Source: Lingula anatina (taxonomy: Eukaryota > Animalia > Brachiopoda). From it: DNA of 64,000 nucleotides. Both the position numbers and the translations under genes were made by a program. Below the pieces are notes generated by a model that worked only from the letters and a program-made list of their open reading frames with translations, was not told where the DNA came from and did not search any database. Shown piece after piece: positions 12,903-25,300 of this stretch. How positions within the stretch are numbered: position 1 is the stretch's first letter; the number at the start of each line of letters is the position of its first letter. Location: contig CM120640.1 of NCBI GenBank assembly GCA_051362555.1, positions 42,262,788-42,326,787 of the forward strand, in the 5' to 3' direction.

Positions 12903-14929
12903 CATATTATTTCGTTTGACAATTCAAAAACAATCACAATGAAGTCATAAAAAAGGTGAAAAATATATGGGTACATTTACATCGACCTTCCATATTTTAT
13001 TTATTACTGATCCTCTTTCTATAATTATTTTTAATATTGTGATGGCTAAAGAGATTTGCTCTGCACGTGTAATTCATGCTTATGAGTGACACACCCAAGG
13101 ACAACACTCGGAAAAGGTGTGCAGTGGCAAAATGGCTGGAATATTCAGTATCAGACGCAAAATGTGATCGGTCGATGTATTGTGAAGTAAGTGTCAGTAC
13201 ATATAGTATCATTTTATGACGCGTTTAAGGATAGATACTTTAATAGACACTATCTAAAATGCATGGTTATCTTAGTTGTGGACCTGAATTGACAATCATT
13301 ACTATCAAGTTTGAGAAAAAAAAACAACCTCTTCTTCCTCTAACCCACACTAACAATGGCATATAGCCCACGTCCCACTATGAATATGATATCTTCTCTT
13401 TAAAAAAAACATGATGTTGCATTATTTTATGACTATTGCCAGTATTTATACCGTGGCTGGGTAGTTTATCATAAAACGAATTTCTTTTTTTGCATTTAAC
13501 GAAAATATCTTTTCAGCAATTATTTGTATTTTACAGCATCGAATTGACATATGCAGCAATATTGGACGTTTTTAAACTTAAAAACCTGCCTCTGTATGAT
13601 AAGTCTACCAGTAAAATACACGCGGAACAGAAAGGTACAATTTAAAACTGAAAGCGGCGTCAATGTCCGTCATCTTTTGTCAATGTGAGATGAGTATGCT
13701 GTGCTTGCCCGTAGAACAGGTACAAACAAATTTAGGAAGGTGGTGACCTGTGGTTAGATCATAATACCGCGCTGTTAATTATTCATGCCACGTACTGCTC
13801 AAATTCTATATATATTGTCATGTTCCAAAATTGTGTGTAATAACATACAGTATATCTTCCCAATGTGGCAAAAGAGACACGAGATAATAAAGCATAGCAG
13901 ACAAACGAAGGATACTCGGCGTTTGAAATGAATTTTTTTACAAGTAATAATTTAATCAAGTCTAAAAGAGGTCTCTTATACACAGCTAGAGATGTTATGT
14001 GACTGGGGCGACATATGATTATTCCATAATAAATTATGTCCGACGGAAATACATGTCTTAGCTGCGTATAAATACACGTGTACAGCTGGGAATCTAGGTC
14101 CGGGTGGGACAGCACATCCAAGGGGATGCATGTCCATTGGACAGATTTTCCTTGTGAACATGTATTACATTGCACGGGGCATACCCTCACATTTTATGCC
14201 TACAAAATTTAATATTCACTTTTGCTCATTAATGAATTCCTCTGCACATATTTATCATTAAAAGATCAAGACATATAGTTTCTTGAAAAATAGGAAACTC
14301 CCCCCTCCCACTCCACAATCATATTTATATGTTGATTAATGTACTACAGTGAACAAATTGGGATGGGTGCCGGTTAGCGCCTTTTAACTGTGTTCAAATC
14401 TGACCTGAACAGAATCGTTACATTTTGTCTATGGTGGCACTGAAATGGTTGATAAACTCCCAAAACACAATTTTAACTTCTTTGCACAGCTAACACAATT
14501 TCCCGCCATCGCTACTCAATGCGGTATAGTATTGCATCTCAACATTAGGGGATTCGCCAATGCATGGATATTCTTTAAAAATATATGTAGATTATTCACA
14601 GAAAGATTTTTGAAAAAATCAACAGTTTGGAGGAGAAGAAACTTAACCCACGGGCAGATATAAGACGCTATAGGGGTGGCTAAAAGTTGGCCGTTATCCA
14701 TAAAACTTCTCATTCGAGAATCCTTTGAAATGCTCTAGTATTTTCTTTGTGATTTGTTTCTTGTCATACTTTCATAAAGCTAGTACTTTTGAAGAGATGC
14801 ATTTCTTTTAACCAAGCAGGTATGCTGTAAAATTGGCAACATGGAGAAAAACTTGCTTTCGTAAAAGCTTTAAAATTCCACACAAAATGTAGGGGAAGTG
14901 GCGGATACGACCATAAATGCTTTCATTGC

Positions 14930-16400
14930 TTAGGGGGAGCCCGCCCAGCCGTCCTTTGCAATCGCCAAGAAGGTAGATCCCCACACACACACACACACAA
15001 CCCAAACTATCCCACACGTGTAACAGGGGCCCTCCCGCAAACAACCAAGGTTCTCAAATGGCCAGTAGACCCCAACAAACTCAGTAGGTATTCGTCAGAC
15101 TACCCTTCTCTCCAATGGATTGCTGAAAATAAATTCAAAGCCCACCCTATGGTTCACATCCTTGATGACTTCCTGTTCGCAGCCCCTACCCTTCAAAAGT
15201 GTCATCAGGTTCTAAAGGACTTTGCCGACTCTGCCGAGACTGATGTGCCGATAGAAAGTGATAAGACTTTTGGTCCTAGTGGGGTCCTATATGTACCCTT
15301 TGCGGGTATTTAGCTAGATACTGAATTGGTGGAAGCCCGGCTTCCAGAGGATAAGGTATCCAAGTGAAGGTCTCTCATCGATGAATTCCTTGCCCGTTCT
15401 AAAGTTACCTTCACTCAGTTGCAATCTCTCATTGGTCTTCAGACGTCCAATGACCATTATATTATGCACTTAGTTCGGCATTTTGTATTGGCCCGTCTCA
15501 AAAATAACATTTTGTTTAAGTCGAATCACATCAATAATTGCAAGAATAACTTGACTGATCCCCTTCAGGTTCAATCATTCAAGCAGTCCGCTTCAGACAT
15601 GTCCGACACTCCAACTCCCAGTTCACCTGTTACCACAAAGCTTGCTAGTGGACGCAGCACTGGAACCATCTTCAAAAAGGGCTTATGACAAGGCTTTTCA
15701 CAATTTCTCATCGTTTCAGACAGTCACAATAGGTCTCCTCTCCCCACGCTTTCAAGTCACAATAGCTGACATATTGTTATATATTTCCCACCTGTCTGAT
15801 AGAAAACTATCCCCTAACACGATTGTGTCAGAAATCTCCAAATTGTGTTATTTCTACATACTGGCTGGTCACCATTCATAATTAAGAAAATGCTAATAGG
15901 TTGTCACAATTTGAGCCCATGTCCTGATTCTAGACTCCCCATTGCAGTTGGAGTGCTCCACAAACTAGTTCGGGCAACAGAATTTACTCTCTCCAACTCC
16001 TATACAATCTCCCTCTTCAAAGCAATGTACCCCACAGCTTTTCACGGGTTTCGGGCATCGGGCAGTAGAATGAATCATTTCCCAATACAAGCTTAACCGA
16101 AAGGGATCTAACAGTAATGGCTTTCAAGACGATCCTTTATGTGGGGTATATCAAATGGAGGGGAGACACACCAGGCCCACTTTTCTGTTATCCAAATGTT
16201 ACACCCATCCACTGTGATGCATATAACAAGCAGCTGGAGAAGGATATTCGTTTCTGCCATTTAGACTCTACAAAGACCACAGTTTCAGGACAGGGGCAGC
16301 ATCTCTACAGAACAATTTATCAGACGCTCAAATAAGACGGGTAAGGCGTTGGAACTAAGACTACTTCAAGAAGTACTTTCGTACACCCACATTGTGGTCT
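14930..16400 (+). mobile_element. Decayed DIRS/Ngaro-type tyrosine-recombinase retrotransposon
   Basis: RT remnant MVHILDDFLF..FAGI*LDT..ARLPEDK..LQSLIG (15149-15435) and an RNase-H-like remnant. YR remnants are AALEPSSKRAY..LLYISHL..LSPNTI, DSRLPI, AFHGFR, GPLF, HSFRTGAA (16278) and RW..KKYFR. There are many stops and frameshifts. Confidence 0.88.
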
Positions 16401-17791
16401 ACCCAAGCAACTCAACAAACGGATAAGTAGATACATGTAATAGGCCTACGTGCTTCGGCATTATGATGACATTGAAAGTTACTTTTTAGTCAATGGACAT
16501 TTGTACTTGTACTTGTTTGAAAAACTTTTCATTCATGCTTTACATTGTCTGTCTATTATAGCCAATTTTAAAGGATCCAGCAAGACATGCGGTTCCTCTC
16601 ATTTTCCCTCTGAAAAGTTTCCTTTAACAATTATTCCCTATCTCTGTGGCTGTCCAACAAGACCCTAACCTCAATCTCTAATTAAGGATGGCAGGATGAA
16701 GAGCTCTACCCCGCGCTGTAAGGCCTATAGTCGTAACTAAAAGAGCGCCCCCCCCCCACCTCAAAATGGGAGTTGGGGTTGAGTAGCACTCCACAGGTGA
16801 TCTGGCATCCACATTTCTCTAAATAGGTATCTTCAAATCTCACTCAAAATTTTTATGGCTCGTCCGGTCGTCCTTTCAATACACAATGGCAGCCTTCATA
16901 TCGTGCTTGATATTTTGCTGAATTTGGATAAACATGTCTGGCTATAATGCACATTCGATTTACGTTTGGTTTGCACAACTTTTGGCTTGCACAGTTTTTG
17001 TCTCACACAGTTTTCGGCTTACACAGTTTTTGCGTGCGGCTGTTATCGGCTAAATTTCGAACATCACGCTTGAATTTTTTCTATTCTTTTAATAGACACG
17101 TCTTATTATTTTAGTTTAGATCAAGGAGACACAAAAGCAGGGATAACGATGTAAAATATATAATCAACCACCCCCGGCCTAGGGACGACCACAGCCCAAG
17201 CCACAATAAAATTCAGAAGAGCCGTTACAAATCCCTAATGATATGTTTATTCATCCCCGGCGTATCGAGTTCCTAACTATGATGGCCAGGAAGTAACAAT
17301 GTATGCATGTATATAATTGTCCACCCCAGGGATAGCCTGACCAATGGCAGCGTACATGTACCTGGCCGAGGCAACCCAGTCCCCTTTCCATTCTACCTCT
17401 ATAGTACTTCACACCATACCAATGACTTAGAAAAACTCCTAGTTGCAAAATGCATTCCGTTTGCAAAATGCGTTTTCACGATTTTCTTTATATTGGTTGA
17501 AAATGAGTTGCAGTTGCAAAATGTGGAAATAAGTCTTGATTTGAAAAGTAAACAACAAGTTACACTGCAAACATATAGCCGATCTGATATCGTGAGGTAC
17601 CTTTTTATGTACATGTACGGGAATTTCTGTGCCTCCCCACATCGTTTCTTCCCTTTGGCGCTCAAAATTATACTGATATTATTGGCATCGATACGCCTCT
17701 GCATTGTTACTGTAATACCGGTACTTACGGGAGTACTACTATACTTTAAGATTCATTATTATGTTTAACGTGTATATGCTGACTTTCATCA

Positions 17792-18001
17792 CCCGCAAGA
17801 AAATGCAGTAGTATCGAAGTAGCAAAGAAGCATTACTTTAACGCAGTAGTGGTGTGGAGCATATTTGCAGTAGAAATGCAGTATAGCCTACAATTACATA
17901 GGGTTGTATAGAGGAGGAGCATTAAAGCAGATTTGAAGCATGTTTGCAGTATGATTGCAGTAGTCTACTGCGCTGGAGTATCTACTTCGTTTTCGTGCGG
18001 G
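17792..18001. mobile_element. MITE copy (CCCGCACGAAAA TIR family), internally deleted
   Basis: Near-identical to 20216-20499 apart from internal deletions. Confidence 0.8.
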
Positions 18002-19929
18002 TGCAGGGTTTGGTACAAGTACCACGCACGTGTACAGTATCTATACTGTGTATAATGAGCGTGATCTTATGTTAAATCACGTTTAAAGACTTCGAAAACT
18101 ATTTCATCTACCAAACAAAAACAATGATGGGGTACAACTACATGTACTTGGGTAAATATGTCCGACTAGGACATCGAACTGTCTGCATGCAGGGCTTAAA
18201 ATACCAAATCATGGCCCTTCGCAGGGCTTTTAGTCCCAGGAAATTGTGTCCGAGGGCATGCTTTCCTAGGAACGGGAGACTTAGGACATACCTTGCCCGG
18301 ACAAAGTGTTCAGGTTATACATGAACATGTACGTTCCCTCCACGTTGAGAAAGAGGGGGTATCCCCTTGCTACATGTGTACCTTGTAATTGCCTCAGTAT
18401 AGACTTCCTATAACTTCATTCTGTCATATTTAATATTTGTCGTTATATATAACTTCTGATAATCGTCTAAACTAAAAGATTTACTTAGAAAACTTCTTTC
18501 AAAGGATGGCAAATGCCTTCAATGTAGATTTCCTATTAAATTGTCTTTTATTCTGTTCTGTTTTTAAATTGCCGTTTACAATATAGAACGCGTTTTATTT
18601 CTGATAATCGTCTTCACTAAAATCAACCTGAAAAACCTTCGCATACGAAGAACGATAAATGCTTTTTGAACAAGTTCTTTAGGTGGTTTGAAACCTTAAC
18701 CGTGTCTGGCCTGGCTATTTTATTTATTTTAGTATTTTAGCTAAATGCTCCTTCTTTTTAAGCTCCCATTCAGTGAATGTGATTTCTTGCACACACCTTG
18801 TGGCAGGTCCACTTGAGGCAATCTGAAATAGATAAATGGTGGTAAAGCACGACTCTTAGATACATTTAACACAAACTGCACTAAAATGAACTTATCAAAT
18901 ATCCATAAGAGTCGTTCCTGGGGCAAACTAAGAATGTTCTACGCAATATTTATGGTTTAGTATTGTGAGCTGATGATAGGTCACCGTATTGTCTGAAAGG
19001 TGTGAAAGGGTCTGAACGTTTATAAATACTCTTCTCACATCGTTGGCATGCTTATCTCTTAAAAAAATGTAATTTACTGTAGCTGGCAGGTATTACACTG
19101 CATTTCTGTTCTGATAATAATCTAAACGATACACTTCTTTGGTACGACTCGGCGTCGTGCACGTCGATAGTTGCTTTAATAACTGTTATTAGGTACAAGC
19201 ATTTAAAAAGACTCAAACTTGTACTGTAAGGTCTAAGACATTGCAGGATATGTTAAAGAGACAGTTTTCTTTCGAACACGTTTCTATATTTCTCTAAATT
19301 AATACATTTAATAACAGTTTTGTGCTTTGAAACCCGAAAAGCTGAGATGTACGATTTAAAATTGTGGAAAAATGAATTAAATTCTCACGTTTCATACCTT
19401 GCATTAAGCATTGACTGTCTGTATGGGAAAAACCAAGATGAACTATAAAACTGTAATCTCACAATTCCAACACTAACGATTCATGGCAAATGCACCGACA
19501 AGGTCACAAACGCTGATGAATTTAAGTTTAACACCAGATTTTAAGTGGGCTGAACAAATCCAAATCCTTGGATGTGCCACTCATAAGCATATATTACACA
19601 TCTCTGAAGTCATTACAATAACAAAAAATAAATAAATAAATAAATGAATAAATGAAATAAATGAATAGAAAAAAGAATAAATAATATTTTTAATATAAAA
19701 GAATTTGGTCGATGAAAATGTACTCATATTTTTAAAAAACTTTTTTACTTCATTGTAAAGTGAAATAATACACTATATATATATATCTACCTGTATGTCT
19801 CCTCCATTGCAGTGTACCATGAACTTCCACACCAGTAGTCCCTGGATTCACAACAAGAAAGAAGGTAACAAAGAATATCAATTGCTGGAGATTAGGCAAA
19901 ACAAGGCGGCTTTTATTATATAAAATTAT

Positions 19930-20499
19930 CCCGCATGAAAATGCAGTAGTATTGAAGTAGCAAAGAAGCATTAACGCAGTAGTGGTATGGAGCATATTTG
20001 CAGTAAAAATGCAGTATAGCCTACTGCAATTCTACTCCAAAAAGTACATAGGTTTGTACAGAGAGGAGCATTAATGCAGCAGATTAGCAGCATGATAGAA
20101 GCCTGTTTCAAATATGCTAATTAGCTCCCAAATCAAAGCAGATTTGAAACATGTTTACAGTATGATTGCAGTAGTCTACTGCGCTGGAGTATCTACTGCG
20201 CTTTTATTATATATACCCGCACGAAAATGCAGTAGTATCGAAGTAGCAAAGAAGCATTAACGCAGTAGTGGTGTGGAGCATATTTGCAGTAGAAATGCAG
20301 TATAGCCTACTGCAATTCTACTTCAAAAATTACATAGGGTTGTACAGAGGAGGAGCATTAATGCAGTAGATTAGCAGCATGATAGAAGCATGTTTCAAAT
20401 ATGCTAATTAGATCCCCAATCGAAGCAGATTTGAAGCATGTTTGCAGTATAATTGCAGTAGTCTACTGCGCTGGAGTATCTACTTCGTTTTTGTGCGGG
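19930..20499. mobile_element. Two tandem copies of a ~285-bp MITE (CCCGCACGAAAA...TTTTGTGCGGG, TA target duplication)
   Basis: Complete copy at 20216-20499 flanked by TA/TA; the adjacent copy at 19930-20205 lacks the right terminus. Confidence 0.85.
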
Positions 20500-21328
20500 T
20501 AACCCCACTATTCTAATCGTTTTTACAATTTTAGCAATGTAACAAAGTGTTGCCTGTATTAAATGTTATGGCCTTAGTGATCAAAAAATGTAACTCAAAT
20601 ATTCAATAAGACTCATCATCAACATTCTGTTGATTGTATGTACATGTATTAAAAGGTAAATCCATCGGACTTTGCTTAGAATAAAATTCATTTTGCCTTT
20701 ATTGTAAGGGATTCCCTATCTATTTGTAGTGTTGTATGTGGCCCTCAAATAAATTTCCACCCATCCCCCACTCTTCATAACGAAAATGCTCTTTCTTGGC
20801 TAGTCTGAATGTTATTACAAAATGTATTCATAAACGTAGAAAGGTTCATTTTAGGTAATTCATATCAGAAAACCAATATATTCCGGCGAAATTAACTGAC
20901 ATAGCACGTTAATCTTTCACTTCCGCGATAGGACAGACAGATCTCATTTCTTGAAAGTGAGGCAATGACACTTATCTATGGGAGACGATTTATAGCCTCT
21001 TAACAACTGAATTTTTTAAAATAAAAATCTTTGAATTGGCTTAATCAAAATACATCTTACTTACTATTGGGTTCTTCAGTAATAATAGATATAATCACAT
21101 ATCGTAAGAAAACTGCCATATTCGGCCTATTTGTTAGATAAATTGATAGTTTTAGAATTTGGAAGCTAAAGACAACAGAGTTGTCTGGTTCTCAAATCGA
21201 GGCACGATGTTTTGTTCGTCTGCTCTCTCTCAGGGAGAATTAAGCAGGTACAGAATGCTTACGTGCGTAAATAAGCTACGGATATTGTTGTTGCCCGTTT
21301 GACTACGCCAAAGTTCTCTCTGACTGGG

Positions 21329-21561
21329 TTCCCATGCCTAGATCGATCCATCTGGATCTAGCTAACTCCCTGGGGAGTCTCACTAAATTGCTATCAATTA
21401 ACCTGATTAAAGGTCTGTCACGCGTACTGAATCAGCTAGGGAGTAAAGATAATTACCCCCTAACAGCTTTACTAGGCCTGACAGACATTTAAGCCGGTTA
21501 AGTTGACAGCAAATTAATGAGACTCCCCAGGGAGATAGATAGATCTTAATATCTGTGGGAA
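21329..21561. mobile_element. Palindromic MITE-like repeat; second family member inverted at 58741-58950
   Basis: Internal inverted repeat ctccctggggagtctca / tgagactccccagggag; the same motifs occur in the opposite orientation in endophilin intron 2. Confidence 0.7.
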
Positions 21562-21564
21562 TGG

Positions 21565-21568
<4 letters not shown>

Positions 21569-21646
<78 letters not shown>
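21569..21646. repeat. Compound (CT)n(TA)n microsatellite
   Basis: Seen directly. Confidence 0.97.
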
Positions 21647-21651
<5 letters not shown>

Positions 21652-22266
21652 CGTATAGGGGCCCACAACTCCTACAATTTTTTATTTTATATAATTAGCA
21701 TAGATTATACGTTTAATCGTAGGTAGAGAGGGCACGACTTTATTTTAAATGTCATTAGTAATTCCAAATTATATTGAACCGCTAGATGCTGTTTGTCTTT
21801 CTGTTCTCTCTGTTCAAGAATTAAATGATAGCCTTTATTTCACTTTTACCGCGAGTTAGAATAAATATAAATCCAATATTTTTATTTCCACGAATTAAAT
21901 AACCAGTGATAGCTTGCTGACCTTGCTGTCCTTGCATATAAGTTAATTCATGTATGTAAAATTAAAGAAGAATTTTAGTTAGCGCTGGAGTAGCTACAAG
22001 TATTCGGTACTTATCATAACTGGATAAGTAAAATAACATTTCTACTCCTTGAAGCATCTAGTATTCATTAATCATAAAAAGCCTTGTTGGAGTACAGGGG
22101 TATATTTGCATATACATGTATATACATGGGGAGAGAGCATTTTTATACAGTCTTTAACAGTGACAGACAGCACAAAAGTAACTGGGAGATAGTGTCGTTT
22201 ATTACACCGAATTCCACGTTGGTAGGTAGGCGTGGTCAACAAAACAGATTTTGCATGGTGACAGAC

Positions 22267-22301
22267 TATATAAACAAGCGGGGTTTTTTACATGTTCATT
22301 C
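22267..22301 (+). promoter_or_regulatory. TATA box plus initiator of gene B
   Basis: TATATAAA at 22267-22274 and an Inr-like TCATTC at 22296-22301, 29-31 nt downstream. Confidence 0.75.
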
Positions 22302-22343
22302 TGGAGAGAGTCAGTAATATCTACAACAGAAGCACAGCTGAAG

Positions 22344-25300
22344 ATGTGTTTGTCAGGGAAAGTGTTCGTGCATCTTCTCTTTACTTTGTACATTTCTGTA
22401 TCGTTGGGTGAGTGCTTGGAATACATGTAGGTTGTAACAAATTGCTGTTTACTCTGTATATTTTTGCCACTTACCGCTTAGATTTGTTGTAAGATATCAT
22501 TATTGCACTAAGTGTAAAAATTATATAGGAGAATACATCTCATCGAACAAACAATCGTTTATCTGTTCTTTTGCAGCCTACATGTACATATTTTTATTCA
22601 ATTTTGATCATGTGGGATTTCCACTGATATAGGCCTACATGTATTTACCACTTCATTGTATAACATCTAATGACCCAATATCTACAAAAACATCCATAAA
22701 ATATTAATGTTAATTCACTTTTTTCTTTCAGTTCCACCAGGCACTGTACAAGGACAGACAGGTAATAACACAACTTTTTACTCTCTCACCATATCAGAAA
22801 TATATCAAAACACCACAATCCCCATATATTTCAGAGAAGTGAATTTTATAACATAGTTTGTTCATTTTAGTTAAGTATTTGAAACAAAAAGTAACACTAT
22901 GCACTCTTGTACTGATATATATTCCTGGAGAGTCATCTTACCGAATGTTTGGAAAACAATATGAGATATCTCTTGAGAAAAATACATTTTGATTTTTTGG
23001 GGGATAACAATTAATGCTATTTTATTAATTTTATTTGACCAGCTTGCTCAGAGGTGTATATTGGTAACACCCGCACCGTCGACACCACTACAGCCAGTGA
23101 TTGCGACGCAGATTGTGGCGATATTCTCAACCAACTTAAGGGGTGCTGTGGGACTGGTGCGTGTGCCAGCAGGTGCATCTGCTACACTGGCAGTAACCCT
23201 GTAAGTTGAACGTTTTTGTTGTTTTAAAAGCAAAGGAAACATAAATGCAAAAATAGGGTAGCGTATGATGTATACAGGTACTCCGTAAATGAGTAAAATG
23301 TTTGTGGAAAAGGCCCTTAGCTATCTTAAGGCTGGGTCACACTGCGCTTGCAACCTTTTGGCAACCTCTTTGCAACCACAAAATCTGGTGGTCGCTTGCG
23401 ATCACTTTGCGACCTAATTTGCATATTTTGATCGGCAAGCAGTTGCTAACCGGTTGCAACAAGGTTTGGTATCTGCAACCTCTTACAGACAATCTTCAAG
23501 TCAGAGGTTATCAGTCGCACACCGTTAGGCGAGCGATAAACAACCTGTCAGCAACCACTTGGAGACTGAAAACCGGTTGCAGGACTATAGCGATCGCTTG
23601 CCAACTGGTAGCAGCAAGGTTGCACAGACTATATATATTTTATAAGTTGTGACGATAGCTACCTTCTCGTAAATTTCCCTCTCGGATGACAACAGAGGGA
23701 ATATCTTAAATATCATTATACAATGATTGGATCCGTTCCATAGCAGCTTCAAATGATTTAATATTTTGAATATTAAAGTAAGATTCTGCTATGAGATTCT
23801 GTTATAACGTCACAGTCGATTTCTGTACTACCAATATTGTCAAACTTACAATAATAAATAAGAAATATATTTGTACTATATATTGGCATTTATATCAAAC
23901 CAGTGGTATAATAAAACACATATTTGGATGTTTTTCAGCCTAATTAATGTAATAATAGGCATGCATAGTTTCTTTTTTCAATACTTGGGCTCTTCGAGGT
24001 CGCAAGGCCTGTGCAGTTACGGTCACACTGAACAAAAAACCTCCTTGCGACTTGCAACTGTCACCGGTTGCAGAAAGGTGGGCGACAAGTTGCAACAACT
24101 CGCAACGTGGTCTCCAAATGAACGCTGGGTTACTATCCGGTCGCGCCGGTTTTCGGTGCAGCACCGAAAACCTCCTGGCGACCGAAAAGCCTATTTGTGG
24201 TATCCAACCGGTTGCTAAAAGGTCGCCGACTGCTTAGCAACTGATTTGCGACCGATTGTGTGGTTGTCCCTTTGTCTTTGTAGCCCCAAGCGTTACACTT
24301 ACAATACAACATCATTAAATAGTGAAGGATCCTGCGCGTCATCAATTTGTTTCCGTCCTTGTGGTACGAATTCTAAGTACTGGGAGGAAGTTAAAATTTG
24401 TATTTATTTGACCTTGTTTATATTGGTGAAACTGTTTTATTGTTATAAAAATGCCTGAAAATTAAATTTATTGTAAAAAGTATGAATCAAACTTTGCTAT
24501 TTACTTTTTTCTCTGCGCCCGCCTATTTGCTTATACCCCCTTTACACTGGACGGCGTCCTTTCTGCGTCCTTTCTGCGACCATGAAATTTGGCATCGCTG
24601 TGGTCTTAATAAGGAGGCACGAGCATTAATTTTTTATCAGAATGAATGCTCAATGATCAGCCAGTTGTCGGCACGTAAAATATTATAATTTTTAAACTCT
24701 CAAATGGGGCCGGACTGCTGGACGCAGAAAGGACGCCGTCCAGTGTAAAGGGGCCCTTAGTTTTTCTTCCATTGTGACTTGGCATATTATGACTTGGCAA
24801 ATTAAAAAAGTAAGATATTTCCGGCTGCTTTAGTCATTAAAAAATGTTTCCAGTAAATTTGACAACAATAGTTGTCAGAAATTAGCCATGATATAGGAAT
24901 GGATAAAAAGATAACAGTTTATCGTTTACATTGTGATCATCATTATTGATTGTTTTGGCACTTTTGTATTCCACTGATAACTGTATTTAAAAATTATTAT
25001 CAATAAATATTAAACAAAATTATCCATTTATTTCGACTCATTAAATGTTATACTCGGAAGCCAATTGATGCTACAAACTAAATGTTGCACTAAGTAACAA
25101 AATATTTAATTATAATACTAATTGTTTTGACGCTTTTGTATTCCACTGATAACTGCATAGAAAAATAATTATCACTTCACGTTAAACAAACTAAATTGTC
25201 TTTAACTTTTATTTTGCAAACTTTCAATTTATTTCGACTCAGTAAATTTTATACTTGGAAGCCAATTGATGCTACAAACAAAACGTTGCACTTAATAAAA

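Larger units (their letters stand above)
1..13960. repeat. Segmental duplication: gene A unit is colinear with 29425-42730 (locus C/D unit)
   Basis: Position 1 (taattgagtaatccatgaaaaccatgtggag) matches 29425. Colinear matches continue through the downstream flank, intron 6, intron 5, exon 1 and the upstream flank; the main differences are TE indels and exon rearrangements. Confidence 0.9.

Noticed and set aside
17307-17768. 153-aa ORF and other short ORFs in intergenic or intronic DNA (e.g. 13783-14190, 59731-60102, 60443-60793)
   Set aside because: No recognisable motif, splice context or paralog support; expected by chance.
22989-23242. ORF-track peptides over exon 3 (MIFWGITINAILL.. and the antisense MFPLLLK..), also 36832-37109
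   Set aside because: Wrong frame or strand. The Cys-rich frame is the one conserved with gene A and compatible with splicing.
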